A stretch of 49,274 bases of DNA from positions 1 to 49,274 of the forward strand of contig JAQBTR010000004.1 of assembly GCA_027624915.1 (NCBI GenBank), in the 5' to 3' direction. The translations under genes were made by a program, and so were the position numbers. This stretch comes from a bacterium (GTDB lineage Bacteria > Patescibacteriota > Minisyncoccia > Ryanbacterales > GWA2-47-10b). Of the stretch, positions 1 to 9,029 are shown in pieces (the stretch's first letter is position 1; every line of letters starts with the position of its first letter). Below the pieces are notes generated by a model, which did no database searches, was not told where the DNA came from, and worked only from the letters and a program-made list of their open reading frames with translations.

Positions 1-597
1 TCGCCCACCCACCATTTTTGGTATGGTAAGCTTTGTAATTTTTTTATCAAAAGCAGCATTCCATAGTCCAGAGCCCTCGTTAGAAATAACAACTACCCGC
101 AACAAAATATCAACACCAAACTTATCTTCGAGCGCTGCTAATAATATTTCCGCATTAGTTATAACCTCAGTTGTTTTACCTGATTTACTTACTATTGTGA
201 CAAGCAACTCTTCTGGTTTTTGACAGCTTCGTTCTATTACGCGCAGTATTCTATTAATTCGTACTGGATTGACCGTATCGGCCGATAGTAATCCCGGATA
301 CCCAGTTTTTGTCGCCTCATACACGGCAGACGTTCCGAGGCTAGATCCACCTATTCCAATATTTATTACATACTTTAATTCGCTTGTTTTCTTCTCTCGG
401 ACAACTGCCTCAACCTCAGATATCATTTTTTGATCTGAAACCAAATTAATAGACGACTCTGAAACAACATAAGACTTGGAACGCACCACCTCTTGCAGCT
501 CGCCAACATAGTCTTTGATAGATTTGGCCGTCTCACTCACCTCTGATGGAGACAACAGGACAGAATCATATGTAAGTTTTAAGTCGTCGTACTTCAC
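1..597 (-). CDS. pgi: Glucose-6-phosphate isomerase, 5' part (runs off the window start; absent from the ORF track)
   Basis: Manual translation from GTG at 597 gives ...YVINIGIGGSSLG...VSKSGKTTE...IPKMVGGR, the PGI/SIS motifs. TATACT lies 6 nt upstream of the GTG. Confidence 0.9.
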   Translation of the reverse strand, partial: MKYDDLKLTYDSVLLSPSEVSETAKSIKDYVGELQEVVRSKSYVVSESSINLVSDQKMISEVEAVVREKKTSELKYVINIGIGGSSLGTSAVYEATKTGYPGLLSADTVNPVRINRILRVIERSCQKPEELLVTIVSKSGKTTEVITNAEILLAALEDKFGVDILLRVVVISNEGSGLWNAAFDKKITKLTIPKMVGGR

Positions 598-614
598 ACT
601 TACAGTATACAGCT

Positions 615-1178
615 TCAGAAAAACTCAAACAAACGCAAAACAATATTCCCCGTAATGATATTAAATACGAGGTTGCCAATGAGAAGAGGCCCCAAAAGAT
701 AGCGAATTCTATATTTCATTAGAGATAACGGTACTACTAAAATTTCATTAGGAAATGGAATAAAGGCGGCATACAGGCCAAGTCCAACAAGTGGTAACCA
801 AAACCACTTGTCACGAAAACGCTCCAATCTACGCACGGTATCATTTTCTATAAATTCCTCCCCCGTACGTGCAATCCAATAAGCAATAAAATCAGCCAGT
901 GTCATGCCGACCGTTATAACCAAAAGTGTTATAGGAAAACTTAGGCTGGATGCGAGAAATAGTGGCAAAAAAGTAATAGCAGGAACGGGAACTGCAAAAT
1001 TGAAACCACTTATGACAGATACAACAAAGATTCCTATATACCCAAACCTGTTGACCCAATCCTGGATCACAGTTTCATTCTGAGCTTTGTCACTGAGCCA
1101 AAAAGCAAACACAATAACCAAAACAAGGACAATTATCTGCCACCAGAGATGCTTCTTTATGTGACGTTTAAAATGCAT
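615..1178 (-). CDS. Membrane protein, DedA/VTT (SNARE-associated)-like
   Basis: Several hydrophobic helices; G.TLADFIAYWIAR and FIPFPNE motifs resemble DedA/VTT proteins. Confidence 0.65.
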   Translation of the reverse strand: MHFKRHIKKHLWWQIIVLVLVIVFAFWLSDKAQNETVIQDWVNRFGYIGIFVVSVISGFNFAVPVPAITFLPLFLASSLSFPITLLVITVGMTLADFIAYWIARTGEEFIENDTVRRLERFRDKWFWLPLVGLGLYAAFIPFPNEILVVPLSLMKYRIRYLLGPLLIGNLVFNIITGNIVLRLFEFF

Positions 1179-1284
1179 ATTGTATATTGTAGCCCATTAT
1201 CAAAGACTTCAAAGCAGTCCATAGATTGTAAATAGATTTCTATGTATAATTCAAACAGAATAAGCCTGAAAGGAGGGTCTTCTG

Positions 1285-2058
1285 TTGCGAGTAGTGATAA
1301 AAGAGAGGTTCAACTCAATCTCTCATGGTATTGGAGCCCTCTTTGGACTCTGGTGTCTTTTTTTCTTGGTTCCATGGGATGGTTCGAATACTAACGCCAT
1401 AATAATAGCGTGTGTCTTTTATGTAAGTATATTCTTTCTCTATACGGCGAGTGCATTGTATCACGGGATGCCACTTGGAGACATAGAACGCTATAGACGA
1501 AGGGATGGCAAGGTTGTTATCCGAAAAGGACTAAAAGAAAATATAGTTCTGCAAAGACGTCTGCAAACTCTCGACCATTGCGGTATCTTCATCCTCATTG
1601 CCGGGTCATACACGCCAATCTGTTTCTACGCGCTATGGTCGTCAAGCGGCCTTGCTATGTTGATAGCTGTTTGGCTTGTAGCTCTCATAGGAATTATTTC
1701 CAAAATAGCTTTCCTTGGATATGCAAGAAGTAAGTCATCGATAGCATGGCTTTTCAAACCAAGATACGCAGCTTTCCTATATATATTGATGGGATGCATG
1801 ATTGTCGTAAGTATTGATAATCTTTATGTGTCTCTGCCTCGCGCTGGTTTTGTACTTTTCTTTTTAGGAGGTCTATCATACATCATAGGTGGAGTAATAC
1901 ACGCCATCAGATGGCCAAACCCCTTCTCAAGACCAAGCCTGAAACCAGGCGTACCAATTCACTACTACGGGTTCCACGAAATATTTCATGTCTTTATCTT
2001 CATTGGAACCCTTATACATGTGTACGCTATGTATCACCACGTCATTCCCGGGAGCTAA
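1285..2058 (+). CDS. Hemolysin III / PAQR family membrane protein
   Basis: ISHGIG, LYTASALYH, LDHCGIFILIAGSYTP and HEIFHVF..G..IH motifs. Confidence 0.9.
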   Translation: MRVVIKERFNSISHGIGALFGLWCLFFLVPWDGSNTNAIIIACVFYVSIFFLYTASALYHGMPLGDIERYRRRDGKVVIRKGLKENIVLQRRLQTLDHCGIFILIAGSYTPICFYALWSSSGLAMLIAVWLVALIGIISKIAFLGYARSKSSIAWLFKPRYAAFLYILMGCMIVVSIDNLYVSLPRAGFVLFFLGGLSYIIGGVIHAIRWPNPFSRPSLKPGVPIHYYGFHEIFHVFIFIGTLIHVYAMYHHVIPGS

Positions 2059-2070
2059 GCTCCCGGATTT

Positions 2071-2295
2071 TTATTTACTGTCTACTTTTTCTGAAGAAGT
2101 AATAGTCTCATATGCTTCTGGCATAACAAAAACCGAAAGTATGTAAACGATTACTCCCGGAAAAAATCCAGTAAATACAATAAAGAATATAAGCAAAACC
2201 CGGAGCACCACAGGGTCTACTTCAAAATAATCTCCCAAGCCCCCCATAACTCCTGAACATACACGGTTTGTCTTGCTACGATATAATCGTTTCAT
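2071..2295 (-). CDS. PspC domain protein
   Basis: KRLYRSKTNRVCSGVMGGLGDYFEVDPVVLRV is the PspC signature. Confidence 0.9.
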   Translation of the reverse strand: MKRLYRSKTNRVCSGVMGGLGDYFEVDPVVLRVLLIFFIVFTGFFPGVIVYILSVFVMPEAYETITSSEKVDSK

Positions 2296-2312
2296 CCCTA
2301 TACACTAGCATA

Positions 2313-2348
2313 AAACAAAAATTCCGATCTAGACCGGAATTTTTGTTT
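2313..2348. terminator. Bidirectional intrinsic terminator after the pilin operon
   Basis: AAACAAAAATTCCG-ATCTAGAC-CGGAATTTTTGTTT: perfect inverted repeat with A/T tails. Confidence 0.7.
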
Positions 2349-2365
2349 CTTCGTTCAAGTAACTC

Positions 2366-2893
2366 CTATCTTGTTATTTTAATCTCTGTAGTATTTTCTG
2401 ATTCACACGCACCTACGGTTACAGAATTGTTCGAGTTTAAGACCAGATAGTATCCGGTGCTGTCAGACTCACTTGACCAATTAACAGTTCCGTTGGTACT
2501 TGTTGGAATTTTACCGAGGTACCCAAGAGTAGCGAGTTGTCCAAGTCCTATACAATTACCAGAAGCAATAGTTACATCACAGCTTAAATTACAACCGGAA
2601 GTGGATGTCGCATTCTGTGAGCCGGTTATCATAAACGGCGTACCGGTGGCAGTGGAAGCATTGTGACTAATCTCATATGCATATGGACCACCACTATCAA
2701 CTTGGTGAATCTTTATAGCACCTAGAATAGCCGTAATATCAGAAAATCGTGTCGAATCACGTGCATCACGAAAACGAGTAAGTGGATCAAGTGCGACGAA
2801 TGCAACAGCTGCCAAAATGGCAAGAATTGCGATAACAATCAACAGCTCAATCAATGTAAAACCTCTACTATTAAATCCTTTTTTTAATCCCAT
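2366..2893 (-). CDS. Type IV pilin (probable major pilin)
   Basis: Prepilin cleavage site RG|FTLIELLIVIAILAILAAVAFVAL; last gene of the pilus operon. Confidence 0.9.
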   Translation of the reverse strand: MGLKKGFNSRGFTLIELLIVIAILAILAAVAFVALDPLTRFRDARDSTRFSDITAILGAIKIHQVDSGGPYAYEISHNASTATGTPFMITGSQNATSTSGCNLSCDVTIASGNCIGLGQLATLGYLGKIPTSTNGTVNWSSESDSTGYYLVLNSNNSVTVGACESENTTEIKITR

Positions 2894-2920
2894 TTTTTTA
2901 TAATTATTTGCGAACGATTG

Positions 2921-4519
2921 TTATTCGTCAGCGTCTTTACTTATATAAATCGAAAAGACCCAACCTTCAGTCTCTCCGTCTATCTGTATTTTAACCCATT
3001 CGCCCTCTTCATCCTCCTCTAGTAGTGGATAACTCTCACCTGGGTTTATCTTTGCCACCTCACTAAAGGATGTTCCTGGGCCACCACGCACCCTGAGCCA
3101 GCCGGTTTCCGTCTTTAATACGGTAACTGTAGGCAGCAAATCAACAGGATCCTCTACAATGACTATCTCAGTATTCGGGTCTTGCTCCTCCTCCACAACC
3201 TCTTCCTCTACAAAAGGAGCTGGAGCAATCTGTCCGTCAGATGTCTCACTAATCCTGACAATGCGATACCAGTAACCACCAGCGCCAAGAATTATAAGGA
3301 CGATAAGTAACAAACCGAGAACTATCTTTTCTTTGCTTAACTTAGCACGACCCTCACCATCAGCCATTGGTTCAATTACAGGTTTTGGACGCCCAGGATT
3401 CATCTTGGAAGTGTGCATCATACCCATAATCACTGATAATGGATTCCCACCCCTCTCTTTTGTCTTATATGTTTCTAGTCTCATTGATGGTAGTAATCCC
3501 GGGTCACGCTCTTGCCATCTAGCATCCAATCCGCGTAGAGCCAAACCAACGGATTCAATGTACTGAAGCGGTACATCATTTTTTATCACGGCTTGCTTAC
3601 CAACACGAACTGCAATACCAAGATTAGCATTAAAATATTCTGCAAGCCCCTTAAGACCGCTTGAGCCCCCAACAAGAATCATCTCTCTAACGCTCTCGCC
3701 AGACTCTTTTTCAAAAAACTTGATTGCAGATTGTAACTCTTTTAGAACTGGGGTAAGTCCCTTAATAATTGCCGATGAAATGGGCTCGCCGGGAGCTGTC
3801 AAACCAATATTCTTTTTATCTACCTCTGCCTCTCTCTCACCCTTCTTGATTGCCTTGGCTACTTCATCAGTAAGCAGGTCTCCAGCTACATCAACTGAAT
3901 TAGAGTAACGTAACCCAAACGAATCAAAAATTGATACGCCTGTGATGAGCGCTCCGATATCTACAACACAAATCGGACTCTTGGGTGGACGAGCAAAAAG
4001 ACCTCGATACGTAGCGAGCGCTTCCACATCAAATACATCAACTTTTATTTTGAGGGAAACAAAAAAATCATTCCACTCGGTGATGACGTCTAACGGGGTT
4101 GCCGTAATAAGCACCTCTGTTTTGTCTTTGCCGCTCGCAAGAACTCGATACGACATAACTTGTTCATCTGTATGAAGTGGTATATTTTTTTCAGCCTCAA
4201 CTGCCACGAGACTATCTCTATCGTGAGTCTCATGTTCAGGCAAATCTATATGGCTCGTGTATATCTGGCTATCAGGAAGACCAACGACAGCGTGGGTTGG
4301 CGTTGTCGCTCTTGGTTTTACTTCTGCAAAAAGCTTTTTAAAAGCAGTTGAGAGCTTAACCTTGTCTTTGATTCGTCCATGAACAACAGTACCTGGCAAA
4401 AGAGCTACACGTCCCAGTCCCGCAACGCGCATACGCGCACCAGAACGCTCAAGCACAACAAGCTCGACCGTATGGTCAGCGATATCAATACCTACAGAAC
4501 GCTTACTAGAAAATAACAT
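2921..4519 (-). CDS. pilM: Type IV pilus assembly protein PilM fused to a TM helix and a C-terminal bacterial SH3 domain
   Basis: VGIDIADHTVELVVL, CVVDIGA and MILVGGSS (actin-like PilM), then a hydrophobic helix, an acidic linker and WLRVRGGPGTSF...WVKIQ...EGWV (SH3b). Confidence 0.85.
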   Translation of the reverse strand: MLFSSKRSVGIDIADHTVELVVLERSGARMRVAGLGRVALLPGTVVHGRIKDKVKLSTAFKKLFAEVKPRATTPTHAVVGLPDSQIYTSHIDLPEHETHDRDSLVAVEAEKNIPLHTDEQVMSYRVLASGKDKTEVLITATPLDVITEWNDFFVSLKIKVDVFDVEALATYRGLFARPPKSPICVVDIGALITGVSIFDSFGLRYSNSVDVAGDLLTDEVAKAIKKGEREAEVDKKNIGLTAPGEPISSAIIKGLTPVLKELQSAIKFFEKESGESVREMILVGGSSGLKGLAEYFNANLGIAVRVGKQAVIKNDVPLQYIESVGLALRGLDARWQERDPGLLPSMRLETYKTKERGGNPLSVIMGMMHTSKMNPGRPKPVIEPMADGEGRAKLSKEKIVLGLLLIVLIILGAGGYWYRIVRISETSDGQIAPAPFVEEEVVEEEQDPNTEIVIVEDPVDLLPTVTVLKTETGWLRVRGGPGTSFSEVAKINPGESYPLLEEDEEGEWVKIQIDGETEGWVFSIYISKDADE

Positions 4520-4941
4520 CAGTCGTCTTTTTCAGTCCATGAATTAACAGTTATGGTGGAACGCGTATCAGATGACAACGTAACACTCATCTCTATCTTC
4601 TTGTTAAAATTATTACTTGTACTAGCGGTTACCGTAAGAGTTCTATTACTACCGCTAGGCACTATAGTTATTATACACGAACCTCGGGCTGTCGTGAGAT
4701 GTGTACTCGCATAGCCAGTATCTAGTCGTAATCTGCGCATAGCCTCCTCCATACACCCATCCGCCACAGAATGAGCCTCTCCCCCCTGTTGAGAGGCGAA
4801 ACCAAGTTGGAGCTCACCTATACTCAATAGTGAAATGGAGAAGGCTATAACCAGGGCTGCCGCACTGATAATAAGAACCGTTACAATGGCGATAATTCCA
4901 CTTTGGTTCGAATGCGCTGATTGTTGTCTGAAATCACTCAT
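4519..4941 (-). CDS. Minor pilin, PilX-like
   Basis: QSG|IIAIVTVLIISAAALVIAFSI class III signal without Glu5; TGATG overlap with pilM. Confidence 0.7.
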   Translation of the reverse strand: MSDFRQQSAHSNQSGIIAIVTVLIISAAALVIAFSISLLSIGELQLGFASQQGGEAHSVADGCMEEAMRRLRLDTGYASTHLTTARGSCIITIVPSGSNRTLTVTASTSNNFNKKIEMSVTLSSDTRSTITVNSWTEKDD

Positions 4942-4942
4942 T

Positions 4943-5488
4943 TTATTCTCTCGTACTCACGCTTGTTTGTAATGTTTTCGAATATGTATAAATGCGCGAC
5001 TCTACACCATCATTATTGATAGCAATAGTCATCTGGATCCTCACATGAGCTCGCTCTCCTGACTGACTAAGATTTGTAAAAACTAAGTTGGTAATTTGTA
5101 CCTCATCACTTGTGATTGGCACGGCCGTACTCGAACCCTCCTTTACCTGCAATACTCCATCATCAGCCGTTAGATTGATTATTGTTGGACTCTTACTCGA
5201 ATCGTCCATCGAAAGCGAAAGCACTCCGGGATCGCTACCAAATGTTGAAGCTCCTGTATTAATTCCATTAGCCGCCTTAATATGTGCACTCATAACATTG
5301 AATGCTGTCCGAACGTTTGCCTGAACTTCCTGTGCAACATACGTCTTTCCCTGTGAATCAGTAATTGAAACACTATATCTGATAAATCCAGCAGAAATGG
5401 TACCAATAATTGCGAGGTAAATAAGCATCTCAACAAGCGTAAACCCAGCACTGCTTTTCATATCTTTGATTCTTAATTCGTAATTCAT
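4943..5488 (-). CDS. Minor pilin, PilW/GspJ-like (true start 5488 or 5461, not 5977)
   Basis: AG|FTLVEMLIYLAIIG prepilin motif. The track's longer ORF overlaps the upstream gene in another frame. Confidence 0.85.
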   Translation of the reverse strand: MNYELRIKDMKSSAGFTLVEMLIYLAIIGTISAGFIRYSVSITDSQGKTYVAQEVQANVRTAFNVMSAHIKAANGINTGASTFGSDPGVLSLSMDDSSKSPTIINLTADDGVLQVKEGSSTAVPITSDEVQITNLVFTNLSQSGERAHVRIQMTIAINNDGVESRIYTYSKTLQTSVSTRE

Positions 5489-5495
5489 GATTCTT
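5468..5495 (-). repeat. Four tandem 7-nt units (AAGAATC ATGAATT ACGAATT AAGAATC) encoding RIMNYELRI
   Basis: Read directly at the junction of two minor pilin genes. Confidence 0.75.
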
Positions 5496-5501
5496 TCAGA
5501 A

Positions 5502-8500
5502 TTATTTGTAGTTAAGGCGTATTTCAGTAAGCACCGGGGTATCGGTCCCATCTCCTGCAAACTCTGCCCGATACCGAATCCACGGGTCACCATTGTGATC
5601 ACTATGCATGAGTTGACCAGTATTAGTTGTAAAGTAATCCGTGTCGTCCCCATCTTCACCATCAGGTCCAGACCAGTTGGCCGACCACGTACCCGGTGAC
5701 CCACCACTATCAGGAGCGGTCTGTATTTGGACTTGAATCGAACAGGATGGACTACACGCAGGAACAGTCTGATCCCATTCAATAGCACCGTATGCCGTTC
5801 CGTTTGTATCAAAAGCGGACGACACAAAATTGCCAGATGTCTTATAAGCACCCGATGAAGTGAAGTGAATAAATCTTCCGTTTTCACCAGCGCTCCATGC
5901 ATCCGAAGATGATCCGGCAACAACGCCATACAAATGGTCAGATGTGGGTGAACTATCATCAGACCAGCTTGTTCCATTCCATCTATAAATTGTCCCTCCG
6001 TCGGCGACTATCCATCCAAGACTCGCACTCGCCATATAAATATCGTTCCAATCTTCGTTTCCGGTGTCTGTGTGTTCACTCCAAGATAACCCATCATACC
6101 GATAAATTTTTCCATTTTCTCCGGCAATCCACCCGTCTGATGCTGACACCATATATATATCATTCAAATGATCTCCTCCCTGATCAGAATCAGTACTCCA
6201 ACTCGAACCGTTATAGTGGTCTATTTCTCCATTATTGGCGACTGCCCAGATGTCGCTAGCTGAAACCGCATGAATCCCATTTATGTTTTGGCCGGTTGAT
6301 GCACTTGATTCTGTCCATGAGCCGTCATAATGCGCCAAGTCCCCACCATTTCCAACAGCCCAGACATCGGTTGCTGATATCGCCTCTATATCATTCCAGT
6401 CTTCATTTCCGGTATCAATGTTTTCTGTCCAACTAACACCATCATAATGCAAAATTTTTCCCGAATCACCCCCAATCCAACCGTCCGTACCAGTCCTCAT
6501 AAAAATACTGTAGAGATTACCTCCTACGGGTGATGTGACCGAAGACCAAGACGTACCATTATATTCCAATATCACACCATTATCTCCTGTTGCCCACACG
6601 CTTGATGGTGAAACGTAATCTACGGCCTTAATATTTTCTGCAGTAGGAGCTCCATACATAATAGTTATGTCATCAAGTTGTGGTGTTGCGGCAGGATCTG
6701 TAGGTCTTGTTAATGTTATACGATACTGTAAATATCGCCCTGTAGAAGATGTAATTGTTGAACCGGTTTCTGTTGTAAGTTCTGAACTCCATCCATCCCA
6801 ACTACCATCTGGAGTTGCTGTGTTCCCCGTTCGTGTCGCAATAGTAACATCGGAGCCCACAGGTAATACCTCCGTCCAGCTTGCTTGATTCCAGGTTACA
6901 CTGCTTCCCGCATCAATTATTGGTGACTCAAATGTACCCGATGCCGAATATGCAGAACCATACACCCAGATTTCTCCACCATTACCAACCGCCCAACCCG
7001 AACTTGCTGAAGTCATCACTGTATCATTAAATATCTCACCCCCCGTATCTGTATATTCCGCCCACGAACCATTATATTGTAAAATTGTTCCTGTGTTCCC
7101 AGCAGCCCATAAGTTAGAAGAAGTGACCTCATCAATACCATATATATGTTCGCCCGTTGGAGAAGACGGCTCCGACCATGAAGTCCCATTGTAGTGAGCA
7201 AGCGCACCACTGTCCCCAACTGCCCACACATCTGATGCTGAAACAACTTCTATGTCACGCCAGCTCTCATCGCCAGTATCTGCCTGCTGACTCCAACTTG
7301 ATCCATTATAGTAGTGAAAGTATCCATTTTTACCCCCTGTCCACACAGCCGAACTAGACAAAGCATCAATAGAATACAAATTTTGGTTTTGTGGAGCAGA
7401 CGATTCTGTCCAACCAGACCCATTATAGTGTGCCAAGTCTCCACCGTTGCCAACCGCCCATACATCTGAAGCGCTTATTGCTTTAACCGCTTGCCAATTT
7501 TCGCCACCAGTATCTGTATCTTCACTCCACGAAGAACCATTATAATGATATATTTTTCCGCTACTTCCAACAGACCAGACATCACTGGCAGACACCGCAT
7601 CTATTCCCATAAAATTCATACTACCTGCATCACTATCTTCACTCCACGCTGTTCCATTGTAGTGCAAAAATTTACCATTATCAGCAGCTGCCCAAATATC
7701 ATTTGCAGAAACAGCCGTTATTGAATTTAAGTTTTGACCAACCAAATCGCTATTTGCATGCTCCGTCCATGCTGTCGTCTCTGTAAGCTTTATGCTTGCT
7801 GAGCTTCCACTTCCGCTTACTTCCGTACTTAAATGGGTGCCGCCCGTCCAATCTGTGTCTGACGTGTGAGTAACCAGTGTGCCACCAGAGTTTATCCATC
7901 CACCAGATGGCGCAAGAGCTAATACGACCTGTCCTGCAGTTGTAGAGCCGTCAATGTTTGAGCCAGAATCATACGCAGTACAATTATTTTGGTCAGCACA
8001 AATTGATGTCCCAGAACCACCAGTCCACGATGTTTGCGTCCAATCACTCGAATCCCAGTTTGTAATGTATGCCTCACGAGTAACAGACGTTTGAACACCT
8101 GGACGAATAGTCCAACTAACCAAAACTGTAACGAGTTGTGTGTGGACATCTATGTACGTTCCAGGACACGTCGTAATATTATCACTACCGTCACGACAAA
8201 CTGCCGCAAAACTTACCGAACGAGAAAACTTTCCAACCGTATCAGTTGTGCTCTCGCCTGTAAAAATCCACTGACTACCAGATACCTCAACCGCACTTTG
8301 TGTATAGATAAGCTCATTCCACGCGCCATCCCTTATATTCCGAATAGCCTCAATCGCTTCTTGTGCAAGCGCTTCGGCCAAAGTCTGGTCGCCACCCTCA
8401 ACAAGAGCAATGGAACCGCCCGCAGTCATAGAAACAAGAGCTGCTGCAACCAACGCAAAAATGGCGAGGGCTACAATAACCTCTAACACACTCTGACCTC

Positions 8501-8516
8501 GCTGTTCCTGAATCAC
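5502..8516 (-). CDS. Giant minor/tip pilin (PilV-like N-terminus) with two 7-repeat beta-propeller blocks; putative adhesin
   Basis: RG|QSVLEVIVALAIFALV prepilin motif; 14 repeats of the form ..I.A.S.SD.WAVG..G...HY.G..W. Confidence 0.85.
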   Translation of the reverse strand: MIQEQRGQSVLEVIVALAIFALVAAALVSMTAGGSIALVEGGDQTLAEALAQEAIEAIRNIRDGAWNELIYTQSAVEVSGSQWIFTGESTTDTVGKFSRSVSFAAVCRDGSDNITTCPGTYIDVHTQLVTVLVSWTIRPGVQTSVTREAYITNWDSSDWTQTSWTGGSGTSICADQNNCTAYDSGSNIDGSTTAGQVVLALAPSGGWINSGGTLVTHTSDTDWTGGTHLSTEVSGSGSSASIKLTETTAWTEHANSDLVGQNLNSITAVSANDIWAAADNGKFLHYNGTAWSEDSDAGSMNFMGIDAVSASDVWSVGSSGKIYHYNGSSWSEDTDTGGENWQAVKAISASDVWAVGNGGDLAHYNGSGWTESSAPQNQNLYSIDALSSSAVWTGGKNGYFHYYNGSSWSQQADTGDESWRDIEVVSASDVWAVGDSGALAHYNGTSWSEPSSPTGEHIYGIDEVTSSNLWAAGNTGTILQYNGSWAEYTDTGGEIFNDTVMTSASSGWAVGNGGEIWVYGSAYSASGTFESPIIDAGSSVTWNQASWTEVLPVGSDVTIATRTGNTATPDGSWDGWSSELTTETGSTITSSTGRYLQYRITLTRPTDPAATPQLDDITIMYGAPTAENIKAVDYVSPSSVWATGDNGVILEYNGTSWSSVTSPVGGNLYSIFMRTGTDGWIGGDSGKILHYDGVSWTENIDTGNEDWNDIEAISATDVWAVGNGGDLAHYDGSWTESSASTGQNINGIHAVSASDIWAVANNGEIDHYNGSSWSTDSDQGGDHLNDIYMVSASDGWIAGENGKIYRYDGLSWSEHTDTGNEDWNDIYMASASLGWIVADGGTIYRWNGTSWSDDSSPTSDHLYGVVAGSSSDAWSAGENGRFIHFTSSGAYKTSGNFVSSAFDTNGTAYGAIEWDQTVPACSPSCSIQVQIQTAPDSGGSPGTWSANWSGPDGEDGDDTDYFTTNTGQLMHSDHNGDPWIRYRAEFAGDGTDTPVLTEIRLNYK

Positions 8517-9004
8517 AATCTATTCTCCTCAATCGCACCTCGACTGTTTATGTTGATAACACGTCGTTCATCTGCAGAATCGGCAATGATAATTGTTCCT
8601 GTTTTGTTTGGGATGCCGGTACCACGTGTAAAATTAATGTCACGCGCATCTCCAGTACCAGACAAATTAACTATAAATGAGAGAGGCTTATCAAGCTTCA
8701 TGGTGAGTCTATCGTCTACATCACTCAGTGCAAAGGACGTGCCTTTATATAAAATGTATTGGTCCAGTCCCTCGGCCTGTAAATCCAAATAAACTCCGTG
8801 GGGCGAATTGCCCAATCTATTAACTGACCGCTCACGCGCAAGACGCAACGCCTGTATGACCTGATTGCGACCTTCATTTATTTGAGACCGAACCTGAAAA
8901 TTGCCATAGATTGGCAATGTTGCAGCCCCCATAATCATTAGAAGTGCAATCACAACAAGGAGCTCAACAGTAGTGAATCCAGATCCATGAGTATGAGTGT
9001 GCAT
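8513..9004 (-). CDS. Minor pilin, FimT/GspH-like (start moved to ATG 9004)
   Basis: SG|FTTVELLVVIALLMIMG; C-terminal F.RGTG...G.I.I...RVININSRG typical of GspH/FimT. Confidence 0.85.
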   Translation of the reverse strand: MHTHTHGSGFTTVELLVVIALLMIMGAATLPIYGNFQVRSQINEGRNQVIQALRLARERSVNRLGNSPHGVYLDLQAEGLDQYILYKGTSFALSDVDDRLTMKLDKPLSFIVNLSGTGDARDINFTRGTGIPNKTGTIIIADSADERRVININSRGAIEENRL

Positions 9005-9029
9005 CAGGCAACTACGGTTAGCCCTGCTC

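Noticed and set aside
5489-5977. N-terminal extension of the 344-aa ORF 4943..5977
   Set aside because: It overlaps the 1004-aa pilin in another frame. The prepilin motif fixes the real start at 5488 or 5461.
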